This document shows, one piece after another, positions 40,236-49,382 of a DNA stretch of 64,000 nucleotides. The notes under the pieces were generated by a model. It searched no databases, had not been told where the DNA came from, and worked only from the letters and a program-made list of their open reading frames with translations. This DNA is from an uncultured virus (IMG/VR IMGVR_UViG_3300030099_005341) (Duplodnaviria > Heunggongvirae > Uroviricota > Caudoviricetes). Location of the stretch: IMG/VR virus record IMGVR_UViG_3300030099_005341. One strand, 5' to 3'. A program made the translations under genes and the position numbers. Positions within the stretch are counted from its first letter, which is position 1. Each line of letters starts with the position of its first letter.

Positions 40236-42925
40236 TGAAGAGAATATTATTAATACTATTATTTCCAATAATAACTTTTGCTCAGAAAGAGTGTGTTATA
40301 AGTTTAACTACTGATAGCTACCCATCTGAAACTTATTGGATTTTATTTGCTGATAGTCTTTATGGTGACACTATAGCCGATGTACAAGCTGGCCACTACA
40401 CACAATCTAACACAACATATCAAGATACATGTTATATATCAGATACTATAAGCACTATAGTTTTTTTAATAAGAGATACTTATGGAGATGGTATGAATGG
40501 TAGTTATTATGTGGCTGTATGTGAAGACACTATAATAAATAGACCTACCGTAAGTTTTACCACTGGTTTATATACAACTAGAACGGTACCACAGTGCTTA
40601 CCTAACCCACCACCTGAGCCATGTGTACCAGCTATGGTTAATATTAATTTAGATCAATTCCAAGGAGAAACATCTTGGGATATAAAAGACACAATGGGTA
40701 ATTTGTTATATTCAGGAGGCCCATATCCAAACGCTCCTGATTACGAACCACAATTCATTCCTGTTTGTTTACCAGTTGGTAATTTAGTTTTTACTATCTA
40801 TGATTCTTACGGAGATGGAATGGCTGGTAGCTTGTGGGGAGGTAATGATGGGTCATATTATTTATTTCAATGTGGCGATACCTTAGTTTATGGAACAGAA
40901 GCTAACTTTGGGACAGACTCCACGCATGTATTCATCTCAGACACGTGTACACCTCCTCCACCAGTTCCCGGTTGTATGGACGAAGATTATTTAGAATATG
41001 ATCCATTAGCAACTGTAGACGATTCTTCTTGTGTCACCCTAAAGATTTGGGGTTGTATAGATTCTACAATGTTTAATTATGATCCTGTAGCTAACTATAT
41101 GGATTATATAGACAGTTGTGATTATACATTAATACTTCACGATCTTGTGGGTAACGGTTGGGTTGGTAGTAAACTGGAAATATATCAAGAGGATAAAGAC
41201 ACTTTAGAGTTTCACATGAGCCAACCAGGTTTAAACCAATATTTTTCTGTAAATCTACACGCGCCAGATGAGGTTAATGTTAAGTTTTTTGTAAGTCAAC
41301 AGGCTTCTAACACAGCTTTAGAATGTGGCTTTACATTAGTAAATCCTTTTGGTGATACTGTTATTAGTGTTGTACCACCTTTTATAGTACCTTTTCAAAT
41401 GTATACTGGTATTACTTATTGTGGTAATACTTGTGTAGAGGTAGTAGAAGGCTGTATGGATAACATGGCATTTAACTACGATAGTACTGCAAACACACCA
41501 CTACCTTGTTATTACGTGCCAGGTTGTATGTCTCCTGCATATCTAGAATATCATATCGATACATCTAACGCAGTTTATACAGATATTAATATACAGGATA
41601 GCTGTCAAACTTTAGCTGTGTTTGGGTGTACAGATTCGACATCATTTAACTATGATAATTCTGCTAATGTTGACAACGGTGGTTGTTTACCTATTATTAC
41701 TGGTTGTATGCAGCCCTTAGCGTTCAACTATAATCCTAACGCTAACACACCCGATACTTGTATCGCTGTTGTTTACGGTTGTACTTCACCTATAGCTTTT
41801 AATTATGATAGCTTAGCAAACACAGATGATGGTAGTTGTATTGGTATAATCTATGGTTGTACAGATTCTACAATGTGGAACTTTATACCTAGCGCAAACG
41901 TTGATGATGGAAGCTGTGTACCTTATATTTATGGGTGTACCGACCCTACTATGTGGAATTATAACTCGTTAGCAAACACGGATAATGGAACGTGTATAGC
42001 ATACTTGTATGGCTGCACCGACTCTACTATGTTTAACTACGACCCGCTAGCAAACACAGACAATAATAGTTGTATTCCTTTTATATTAGGTTGCACAAAC
42101 CCAATAGCATTAAACTATTGTGATTCTTGTAATACAGACGATTTTAGTTGTATTTTACCTATATACGGGTGTATGGATTCAACAGCTTTTAATTATAATC
42201 CATTAGCAAACGTAGACAACGGAACTTGTGTGCCTATAATACTAGGTTGTACAGACCCAACAGCTCTTAATTATTGCGACTCTTGTAACACTGATGATTT
42301 CAGTTGTATACTACCTATATACGGTTGTACAGATAGCACAATGTTTAATTATAATCCCTTAGCCAATGTTGACAATAGCTCTTGCATACCTTTTATATAT
42401 GGTTGTACTAATCCTATTATGCTTAATTACAACCCATCCGCTAATACAGAAGACTTTAGTTGTATCCCTTACATTTACGGTTGTATGGATAGTACTGCTC
42501 TTAACTATGATTCAACAGCTAATACTGACAATGGTTCGTGCGTGGCTGTGGTGCAAGGGTGTATGGATCAAGGTGCGTACAATTATGATATAGCAGCAAA
42601 CGTTAACGATAGTTTATCTTGTTTATATGCTGCTGATTGTATTACTGGACCTGGTATACCTTATTGGTTAAATGATGAGTGTTATGCTTGGGTAATAGAA
42701 GTAGATGAATATTGTTGTGATAACGAATGGGACGAGATATGTCAGTTGACTTACAACTACTGTGATAGCTCTTGGACTGGACCATTACCAAAAAGAATAA
42801 CAAATAAAAAGCTTTTAAAAATAACCGATGTTTTAGGTAGATCTGTAAGTGATTTTACAAACAAGGTTTTGATATATATTTATAATGACGGAACTATAGA
42901 AAAAAGAATAAACTATGATAAGTAA
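40235..42925 (+). CDS. Secreted Cys/Asp-rich repeat protein with T9SS-like C-terminal domain
   Basis: Signal peptide TFA|Q; DxYGDG beta domains; 17 GCx(D/N)xxAxNY-type repeats; KITDVLGR...IYIYNDGTIEKRI tail. Confidence 0.75.
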   Translation: MKRILLILLFPIITFAQKECVISLTTDSYPSETYWILFADSLYGDTIADVQAGHYTQSNTTYQDTCYISDTISTIVFLIRDTYGDGMNGSYYVAVCEDTIINRPTVSFTTGLYTTRTVPQCLPNPPPEPCVPAMVNINLDQFQGETSWDIKDTMGNLLYSGGPYPNAPDYEPQFIPVCLPVGNLVFTIYDSYGDGMAGSLWGGNDGSYYLFQCGDTLVYGTEANFGTDSTHVFISDTCTPPPPVPGCMDEDYLEYDPLATVDDSSCVTLKIWGCIDSTMFNYDPVANYMDYIDSCDYTLILHDLVGNGWVGSKLEIYQEDKDTLEFHMSQPGLNQYFSVNLHAPDEVNVKFFVSQQASNTALECGFTLVNPFGDTVISVVPPFIVPFQMYTGITYCGNTCVEVVEGCMDNMAFNYDSTANTPLPCYYVPGCMSPAYLEYHIDTSNAVYTDINIQDSCQTLAVFGCTDSTSFNYDNSANVDNGGCLPIITGCMQPLAFNYNPNANTPDTCIAVVYGCTSPIAFNYDSLANTDDGSCIGIIYGCTDSTMWNFIPSANVDDGSCVPYIYGCTDPTMWNYNSLANTDNGTCIAYLYGCTDSTMFNYDPLANTDNNSCIPFILGCTNPIALNYCDSCNTDDFSCILPIYGCMDSTAFNYNPLANVDNGTCVPIILGCTDPTALNYCDSCNTDDFSCILPIYGCTDSTMFNYNPLANVDNSSCIPFIYGCTNPIMLNYNPSANTEDFSCIPYIYGCMDSTALNYDSTANTDNGSCVAVVQGCMDQGAYNYDIAANVNDSLSCLYAADCITGPGIPYWLNDECYAWVIEVDEYCCDNEWDEICQLTYNYCDSSWTGPLPKRITNKKLLKITDVLGRSVSDFTNKVLIYIYNDGTIEKRINYDK
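41451..42630 (+). repeat. Coding tandem repeat, ~78-nt (26-aa) unit
   Basis: GC(T/M)DxxAxNYxxxANxDDGSC units, diverged at synonymous sites. Confidence 0.85.
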
Positions 42926-43370
42926 ACATATTAGTTACAAAGAAGGAGTACATAGCAACACGGCTATGAGAAAAGGTATAGAAAATATACCTAGCGAAGA
43001 ACATTTAGAAAACATGAAGTTGATCGCTGAGAAAGTATTTGAACCGCTTAGAAAGTGGGTTGGTGGACCAATAAAAATAAATAGTTTTTATAGATGTCCA
43101 GAGTTAAACAAAGCAATTGGTGGTTCTAGCAGATCTCAACATTGCAAAGGTCAAGCCATAGATATTGATGACACGTTTGGTATTGCAACTAATGCAGATA
43201 TGTACACATGGGTAAAACATCACTTAAGCTTTGATCAGATGATATGGGAGTTTGGAGATGATAATAATCCTAATTGGGTTCATATAAGCTACGTGTCTGA
43301 AAAGAAAAATAGAAATAGATGTTTAAAAGCTTATAAAGAAAATGGTAAAACTAAATACATGGTAATATGA
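42915..43370 (+). CDS. Endolysin, peptidase M15A family
   Basis: INSFYR, SQHCKGQAID, WVHIS zinc-ligand motifs. Confidence 0.85.
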   Translation: MISKHISYKEGVHSNTAMRKGIENIPSEEHLENMKLIAEKVFEPLRKWVGGPIKINSFYRCPELNKAIGGSSRSQHCKGQAIDIDDTFGIATNADMYTWVKHHLSFDQMIWEFGDDNNPNWVHISYVSEKKNRNRCLKAYKENGKTKYMVI

Positions 43371-43792
43371 GTTATAAAATGAGTGGATCGACTTTCTATG
43401 GAAAGTCACCTTTTAAAAAGAAAGGACCTTGTTGGAGCGGTTATGAAATGGTTGGTATGAAAAAGAAAGGAGGTAGAACAGTTCCAAATTGCGTACCTTC
43501 TCCAGCGAAAGATAAAGCAGAGCCACGTAGAACTATAGGGCCTGGTAAAAACTTTAATAAAGCAAATCCAACAGGTACTGGTGCTGCCGCTGGTGGTGGT
43601 ATGACACAGAAGGGTGTTAACGAATACAAAAGAAAAAACCCAGGTAGTAAGCTAAAAACAGCAGTAACAACACCACCTTCACAATTAAAAAAAGGTAGTA
43701 AAGCTGCTAATCGTAGAAAATCATTTTGTGCTAGATCAAGAGGTTGGACAGGTGAAAGAGGTAGAGCTGCTAGACGTAGATGGAACTGTTAA
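43367..43792 (+). CDS. Basic modular protein, probable internal head protein
   Basis: CWSGY...VPNCV module and GGMTQKG...NPGSKLK...RRKSFCAR module, delimited by SPFK and SPAK. Confidence 0.65.
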   Translation: MSYKMSGSTFYGKSPFKKKGPCWSGYEMVGMKKKGGRTVPNCVPSPAKDKAEPRRTIGPGKNFNKANPTGTGAAAGGGMTQKGVNEYKRKNPGSKLKTAVTTPPSQLKKGSKAANRRKSFCARSRGWTGERGRAARRRWNC

Positions 43793-43848
43793 CAATTATT
43801 TAACATAACTTTACTTAACACATTATATTTTATTGTGATAATAAAAGT

Positions 43849-43926
43849 ATGGAAACAAGAAAACTAGATATTAGTCCTATTATATATATAGTATTAATGA
43901 TCACTATCTTCGTGATAGCAATATAA
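43849..43926 (+). CDS. 25-aa single-TM peptide
   Basis: METRKLDISPIIYIVLMITIFVIAI*, ends just before the terminator. Confidence 0.45.
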   Translation: METRKLDISPIIYIVLMITIFVIAI

Positions 43927-43955
43927 AAAAAGGGAGCTGTTAGGCTCCCTTTATT
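43925..43955. terminator. Bidirectional terminator between convergent arms
   Basis: AAAGGGAGC-TGTTAG-GCTCCCTTT hairpin with A tract before and T-rich tract after. Confidence 0.8.
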
Positions 43956-43958
43956 AAT

Positions 43959-44153
43959 TTAGAACTGTGCGTTCTTCTGATCTTGAACTTCGACCCTGAC
44001 CTCTTGCGCCAGTGACTTTACTGTTTGCATAGCTTTTCTAACTCTCGTTCCTGCAGAGTTATTTCCCTCTATAAATTTAGTAACATCAGCTTGACAATCA
44101 TTTATACAGTCTTGTAAGCTGTCGAATAAATCATCTAATTTATTAAAACTCAT
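43959..44153 (-). CDS. Hc1/histone H1-like protein (Bacteroidota type)
   Basis: KF-x-EGNNSAGTRVRKAMQ...LAQEVR helical hairpin. Confidence 0.7.
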   Translation of the reverse strand: MSFNKLDDLFDSLQDCINDCQADVTKFIEGNNSAGTRVRKAMQTVKSLAQEVRVEVQDQKNAQF

Positions 44154-44185
44154 AATTTAATTTAATTTAATTGTTTATAATTTAA

Positions 44186-44443
44186 TTACTTTTTCTTGCA
44201 ATCTTTAGGAATACCACATCTATCACAAGTAAGGAAATACATAATAAATACTAAAGTTACCAACCCTACAAAGCCAGCGCCAGCAATACCATTAATCATT
44301 CCCATAAAATTACCTATGACATCCATGTTAAACACTAAACTACCTGTTAATAATTGCCATAAAATTGCTACTGGAATTATAGACAACATAATACCTAATA
44401 GTCCGCTAAAAAATCCAGTAAAATAACTCATAACTTTTTCCAT
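44186..44443 (-). CDS. Small membrane protein
   Basis: Two to three hydrophobic segments. Confidence 0.6.
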   Translation of the reverse strand: MEKVMSYFTGFFSGLLGIMLSIIPVAILWQLLTGSLVFNMDVIGNFMGMINGIAGAGFVGLVTLVFIMYFLTCDRCGIPKDCKKK

Positions 44444-44467
44444 AATTTTTGTTTTTTAAATTAATAC

Positions 44468-44884
44468 TTATCTACAAAATCTTAAACCTACACCTAACAT
44501 TAAGTTAGTTGTTTTCGCTGTGGCGTCGTAAACTACTTTAGGATCAATGTATATACCTTTATGTAAGTTAAACATTTTACCAAAACCATAGCTCATGTTT
44601 TCAGTATCTAAACCTGATGTAGCCACATACACAAAATAACCATTTACATAGTATCTAGCATGTAGATCATAAGATATGTCTACAGTAGAATCAGCTTGAG
44701 ATATGTTAACACCTACCATAAGGTTATCAGTTAAACCATAACCAATAGATGGCGCTACAGACCATTCTGTCCAAGCTGTGTTTGCAATGTCGCCAGTACC
44801 AATATAGATATCTGACTGATCTTGAGCATTAACTCCAAATATACAAAGTATAGATAAAGCTAGACTCATTACAATTTTCTTCAT
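44468..44884 (-). CDS. Small outer-membrane beta-barrel protein
   Basis: Signal peptide VNA|Q from MKKIV; PSIGYGLTDNLMVG, ARYY, terminal strand LGVGLRF. Confidence 0.7.
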   Translation of the reverse strand: MKKIVMSLALSILCIFGVNAQDQSDIYIGTGDIANTAWTEWSVAPSIGYGLTDNLMVGVNISQADSTVDISYDLHARYYVNGYFVYVATSGLDTENMSYGFGKMFNLHKGIYIDPKVVYDATAKTTNLMLGVGLRFCR

Positions 44885-44898
44885 AATAATTGTTTTAG

Positions 44899-46773
44899 TT
44901 AAAGGCCTGTTATTTCGCAAGATCCGCCGGCACAGGCCAATTCGCCTGACAGATCAGTGTTGTCAGTTTCTTCAACAACATTTAACAAATTTATATTATG
45001 TAGTTTTGAAACTAATTTATCAAACTCTTTTTTAGTTATATCTTCAAAAGGAGCTTGAGTGTACGTACCACCGTCGTAAGGTAGTACAGATAAACCATTA
45101 TAACAATCTCTGTTATCCCACATCCATTTACCAGCTTTATCCCATTCATCTGCTTTTAAACTAATTGTCGCGGACACATTGTGGGTGTTGGATCCTTTCC
45201 TGTGACCAGGTTTAACCCATTCGGTAGCAACTTTTTTTACTCGTTTTAATAAGTCAAATGCAGACTCAGTTCTTAATATAGAACCTTTTGGTGCTGATTG
45301 TGGTATCTCGATAACAGCGGTGTCATGTGGTCTAAAATATTCATCTTCCACAAGTTCAGGGTGGTTTTGTTTTAAATACGTATATATAGCCTCGTTTTTA
45401 CCTACACGTAATCTTCTTATGTAGTAATCGTTGTGCCATGCATGTATACCTGAAGATGTACCCAGCACTAACGACGTGGTCCCTGCTGGTTTTACACAAG
45501 TTGTACGTGCTGCTTTGTTTATACCTATCAATTTTGAAACCCGGGTGTTTTCTCGTTTTACGATACTTGCAGCGGCCTTCATATCCAGCGGGAGCACAGC
45601 GGCACTCCCTATCCCTGTCATGGACACACCTATAAGCGCGTCTCGCTCTGTTGTTTCTTGCCATATCTCTCTTAAATAATGAAACTCTGTATATCCAGCT
45701 TGTAACGTACCTATAAAAGCAGCAGCTTTTACTCTAGCATTAAAGTCATCTTGATCTTCTAGATCACTGACATTTACCTCGCATAAATTACAAAATTGAT
45801 ACGGACGTAAAGCTATTTCACAACAAGGGTTAGTTCCCCAGTCTTTATCGTGGTTAAAATATATACCAGGTTCACCAGAACCAGATAACTCTATACGTTT
45901 CCACAGATCCATAAAAAACTCTTTTGTTATTTTATGTCTCATTAATACGGCAGAGTTATTAGCTCTACCTCTTTGTGGGTTTGTTTCCCACCAACTACCT
46001 GACTTACATGAAATCATTTCTTCATCATACGCTGAAAATAGCGATATAAGAGCGGCTCTTCTAATTCCTCCCGCGAGGACAGCATCCGCAATGTGGCAGA
46101 CAATATCATGTACTTCGAGTGTTGAAAGTTTTGTACCATCTTCTTTAGCATCTAATATTCCTTTAATTTTTAATAAACATTCTTTTAGTGGTTGTGGACC
46201 CGGAGCTTTCCCTCCTGAGGTCACAAGCCTAGCTCCCTTTGGTCTAATATCAGAATAATCAAATTTGATCTTAGATGATCTCTTAGAGCCCAAATAAGAC
46301 TTGATTAATACTTTTACAGCGTCAGACCAACCTTCAATACTATCACCAATAACAAATCTTCTTGTTCTTCCTTTAAATGGTTTTGTTATTTCAGGTAATT
46401 TATTTACATGATGGTTCTGAACAGAGTAACCAACGCCACAGCCAGATAAGAGTAAAAACATACACTCACTAAAGCTATCAGTGTGATCAATAGGTAGGTA
46501 ACTACAGTTGTATAATCTATTTGGACTGATTTCAATCGGTTTACCGCTAAACTGCAAGCTTCGCATACTTGGTAAAACTTTTTTCTTATAAACATATCTA
46601 TAAACTTCTTCTATTTGATTATATAATTCTGGATACCTTTTTTGATGCATCTCCTTGTTTCTCGTTACTAGTTCCTCCCAAGTCTCACGTCTGTTTAACT
46701 CAGGAAGATACTTAGCATACTTCATATAGACTGTTAAGTCTGAAAGTATTTTTTTATTTATATCACTATTCAT
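44899..46773 (-). CDS. nrdJ: Class II (B12-dependent, monomeric-type) ribonucleotide reductase
   Basis: PSMRSL, LYNC, GGIRRAA, TNPCCEI, KPAGT, C-terminal ACAGGSCE; no beta subunit gene. Confidence 0.9.
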   Translation of the reverse strand: MNSDINKKILSDLTVYMKYAKYLPELNRRETWEELVTRNKEMHQKRYPELYNQIEEVYRYVYKKKVLPSMRSLQFSGKPIEISPNRLYNCSYLPIDHTDSFSECMFLLLSGCGVGYSVQNHHVNKLPEITKPFKGRTRRFVIGDSIEGWSDAVKVLIKSYLGSKRSSKIKFDYSDIRPKGARLVTSGGKAPGPQPLKECLLKIKGILDAKEDGTKLSTLEVHDIVCHIADAVLAGGIRRAALISLFSAYDEEMISCKSGSWWETNPQRGRANNSAVLMRHKITKEFFMDLWKRIELSGSGEPGIYFNHDKDWGTNPCCEIALRPYQFCNLCEVNVSDLEDQDDFNARVKAAAFIGTLQAGYTEFHYLREIWQETTERDALIGVSMTGIGSAAVLPLDMKAAASIVKRENTRVSKLIGINKAARTTCVKPAGTTSLVLGTSSGIHAWHNDYYIRRLRVGKNEAIYTYLKQNHPELVEDEYFRPHDTAVIEIPQSAPKGSILRTESAFDLLKRVKKVATEWVKPGHRKGSNTHNVSATISLKADEWDKAGKWMWDNRDCYNGLSVLPYDGGTYTQAPFEDITKKEFDKLVSKLHNINLLNVVEETDNTDLSGELACAGGSCEITGL

Positions 46774-46903
46774 GATACCAGGTTAAACAAGCATCAACAA
46801 AAGGAATATATAAAACATGATTAGTTCTTAGTTCTTCATGATAAGATCTAAAACCTAATAATACACCAGGATAAAATCCAAAACTTAATTCCCAATTTCT
46901 CAT
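46766..46903 (-). CDS. 45-aa hypothetical protein
   Basis: MRNWELSFGFYPGVLLGFRSY...; fills the gap and overlaps the nrdJ start. Confidence 0.55.
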   Translation of the reverse strand: MRNWELSFGFYPGVLLGFRSYHEELRTNHVLYIPFVDACLTWYHE

Positions 46904-46904
46904 A

Positions 46905-47351
46905 TTATTTTCTTTTAGTTAATATTAATTTAATTACTTCGTCACATTCCTTTTGGTTCTGAGGTTTATATAAGGTTACATGTTTCATCTTATGATTTAC
47001 ATATTTCTTAAACATTTTCCATCTCAATGGGAAGCTTTCGTTAGCTCTACCTTTACACTCAATAACATAGTCATAACCTATAAAGTCTGGTGTATATTTG
47101 ATTGGTAGAATTTTCTTACTACCTCTATCAACCATATCACCTTTACCATTACTTTGTCTTTCGTATGAACTGTTATCGAGCATAAAACCTTCTTGTAGAA
47201 TAAACGTACAACCTTCGTATTCAGTATGTATTTTAGCTTTTTTTAATGCTTGGTACATATAACGTTCTAAACCTGAAGCAAACTTGATCCCGTCGAATAT
47301 GACTTTTTTAGCTCTAACAGGACCACGTTTTCTTTTAATCTTCTTCTTCAT
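46905..47351 (-). CDS. PD-(D/E)xK endonuclease (T7 endo I/resolvase-like)
   Basis: FASGLE, YTPDF, IECKG motifs. Confidence 0.75.
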   Translation of the reverse strand: MKKKIKRKRGPVRAKKVIFDGIKFASGLERYMYQALKKAKIHTEYEGCTFILQEGFMLDNSSYERQSNGKGDMVDRGSKKILPIKYTPDFIGYDYVIECKGRANESFPLRWKMFKKYVNHKMKHVTLYKPQNQKECDEVIKLILTKRK

Positions 47352-47658
47352 CGTCGTAATCTGAAGCTGCATTATTATCAAACGGCTTGCCATTTGTTTT
47401 TTCTTCAATCTCTTCTCTAGCTGTTTGTATATATAATATTGCGTCCATAAGTTCTTCTTGTATATCTGTTAAATATCCATAAAGATCTTTCATTTTAAAC
47501 CTACGTTCATCATCTAATGTTGAACCGTATTTATCGTAGCCAACATCTGATCTTGATACAAATTTATCAACAACGTGTTTAACCACTGGGTCTCTAAAAC
47601 CATAAGACTTTCTTACGGCTATACCGTTTTTAGCATCATATATTTCTCTACTACTCAT
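47335..47658 (-). CDS. All-alpha nucleotide pyrophosphohydrolase-like protein
   Basis: GYDKYG and QEELMDAILY (EExxD) motifs. Confidence 0.55.
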   Translation of the reverse strand: MSSREIYDAKNGIAVRKSYGFRDPVVKHVVDKFVSRSDVGYDKYGSTLDDERRFKMKDLYGYLTDIQEELMDAILYIQTAREEIEEKTNGKPFDNNAASDYDDEEED

Positions 47659-47660
47659 AA

Positions 47661-48479
47661 TTAATCTTTTTTAAATGTTCCATTACTCATTTTACCTGTT
47701 CTATCTTTAATCTCCATATAAGCCTGTTCAATACACTCTTCAATTGGCTCACCAATTAACTCTGCTAAATTTGTAAGTACAACAACGCAGTCGCCAATAC
47801 CATCAATAGCTTCCATATCGTTACCTTTTAATATAGCTCTACAAGTCTCACCAACTTCTTCAACAAGTTTTAAAGCTTGTGTTTTAGGATCGCCCTTATC
47901 ATACAAACCTCTGTCTTTAGCCCATTGTCTAATTAAATCAAATTGACTTACTTTTCCATTTGATTTTCTACCATCAGCACCAACTGGAAATAAACCACCA
48001 GTTCTAGGATAAGCGTCATTATTGTCAAACCATCTAGCAAAAGCTTTATTGTACACATAAGATCTTGCTTTATTGTACATCGACTCCTTAACATTTTCCA
48101 TTATCCAAGCTATTGATGCATGTGTTAGAGTAACATTACCGTGCTCTGTTTTCCAAGACATACCTATATTATCTACAAGATGTCCTTTAAGCTTGTTTAC
48201 TGGATATGGAAATGTAGTTGTTTGTTCTGTTACATTAATATTCATATTCAAATTTTTATTTTTATTAAACTTCAACTCACTATATAATACATCGTCTACC
48301 TTGTATTTGTAGAACCTCTGCATTATTCTTTCACCTTCAGATATAAATTCTATATCATCAGATGTTTCTATTATTTCGTATTCACCAGGATAATAACCCT
48401 GTTGTTTGTGAACACGCTCTTCAAGATTAGTTGTTACACCAACCTTTTTTCCTGGTATGTGGTATAAATAATACGTCAT
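47661..48479 (-). CDS. mazG: MazG-like dNTP pyrophosphatase with N-terminal GIY-YIG-like segment
   Basis: WAKDRGL...KLVEEVGE...DGIGDCVVVL...IKDRTG; N-terminus YYLYHI...VGVTTNLEERV. Confidence 0.75.
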   Translation of the reverse strand: MTYYLYHIPGKKVGVTTNLEERVHKQQGYYPGEYEIIETSDDIEFISEGERIMQRFYKYKVDDVLYSELKFNKNKNLNMNINVTEQTTTFPYPVNKLKGHLVDNIGMSWKTEHGNVTLTHASIAWIMENVKESMYNKARSYVYNKAFARWFDNNDAYPRTGGLFPVGADGRKSNGKVSQFDLIRQWAKDRGLYDKGDPKTQALKLVEEVGETCRAILKGNDMEAIDGIGDCVVVLTNLAELIGEPIEECIEQAYMEIKDRTGKMSNGTFKKD

Positions 48480-49132
48480 ATTTTATCGTTATATAGATGC
48501 ATATTATGTGCAAAATGATAATATGTACCTGGTTCAACATTTAATTGCGTAGAGACTAGTCTCTGTAGCTCAGAGAAACAATATTGATCGTTACAAAAAC
48601 CATACCAAAGATCATTACTGCGCATTGTTACACACATATCTAGTCTACCATGTAATATTGTAAACTGCACAGCATAAGTACAAGGCGTATCATAACTATA
48701 GTCTTGTATTTCTTTACCATCATAAATAGATATTGTAGCTTGTCTAGTATCAGGATTGTCTTGTAACATCTGTATTATTTTATCTAATTGACCGTTACGA
48801 TTCCATTGCCAACCATAATTAGAATTAACATTACCATGTTTATCAGCCATGCGTTTCCATATTTCAGGAACTTTACCGTACAACTCACCAAGCTTTTCTA
48901 TATTACGATCACCAGATAGATACCATTGCCATTCAGCTAAAGCATATTCTTCTTTCCAGTTACGTTCTTTATTTATTATCTTGTTGTCCATAGAATCTGT
49001 TATATAAAAACCTACGTTGAACAAGGCTTTAGTATCCGCAAAGTCTACACCGTGTTGTAGTATTTTATCGTGTATATACTCATACGCTGTATTTGCGTTT
49101 CTAAAGACTTTATTATTTATTGTATTTATCAT
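48476..49132 (-). CDS. Thymidylate-synthase-fold dCMP hydroxymethylase/methylase (T4 gp42-like)
   Basis: PEIW...NSNYGW, catalytic PC, MRSNDLWYGFCND with Asp at the ThyA Asn177 position. Confidence 0.8.
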   Translation of the reverse strand: MINTINNKVFRNANTAYEYIHDKILQHGVDFADTKALFNVGFYITDSMDNKIINKERNWKEEYALAEWQWYLSGDRNIEKLGELYGKVPEIWKRMADKHGNVNSNYGWQWNRNGQLDKIIQMLQDNPDTRQATISIYDGKEIQDYSYDTPCTYAVQFTILHGRLDMCVTMRSNDLWYGFCNDQYCFSELQRLVSTQLNVEPGTYYHFAHNMHLYNDKI

Positions 49133-49382
49133 AATAGTATTTATAATATTCCATAACTTTATTTAAAACCGTTTTTGAATCGTACCTGTTAGGATCTCTA
49201 TGTATTTTTTTGTTTATAGATATATCTACAAACCAATCATCTATACCTCCTTTCCAATCAGGACTTATACTAACACCTATATTTTTGTTTAAACACCAAC
49301 CTATAATTTTCATTTCTTCTGGTGGCCAACTTCTTGTAGGTGCTTTTCTACTAGGGGTTTTATTCCATCTATTCCAAGCCAT
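49113..49382 (-). CDS. Hypothetical protein
   Basis: 89 aa ORF coupled to both neighbours. Confidence 0.65.
   Translation of the reverse strand: MAWNRWNKTPSRKAPTRSWPPEEMKIIGWCLNKNIGVSISPDWKGGIDDWFVDISINKKIHRDPNRYDSKTVLNKVMEYYKYYYDKYNK

Noticed and set aside
41451..42630. Repeats as a diversity-generating retroelement TR/VR pair
   Set aside because: No reverse transcriptase; differences are mostly synonymous and not adenine-specific
44899..46773. Intein or intron in nrdJ (also checked terL and the helicase)
   Set aside because: Lengths are normal and no splicing or homing-endonuclease motifs are visible
48476..49132. Ordinary thymidylate synthase ThyA
   Set aside because: Asp at the Asn177-equivalent position and gp42-like motifs point to dCMP
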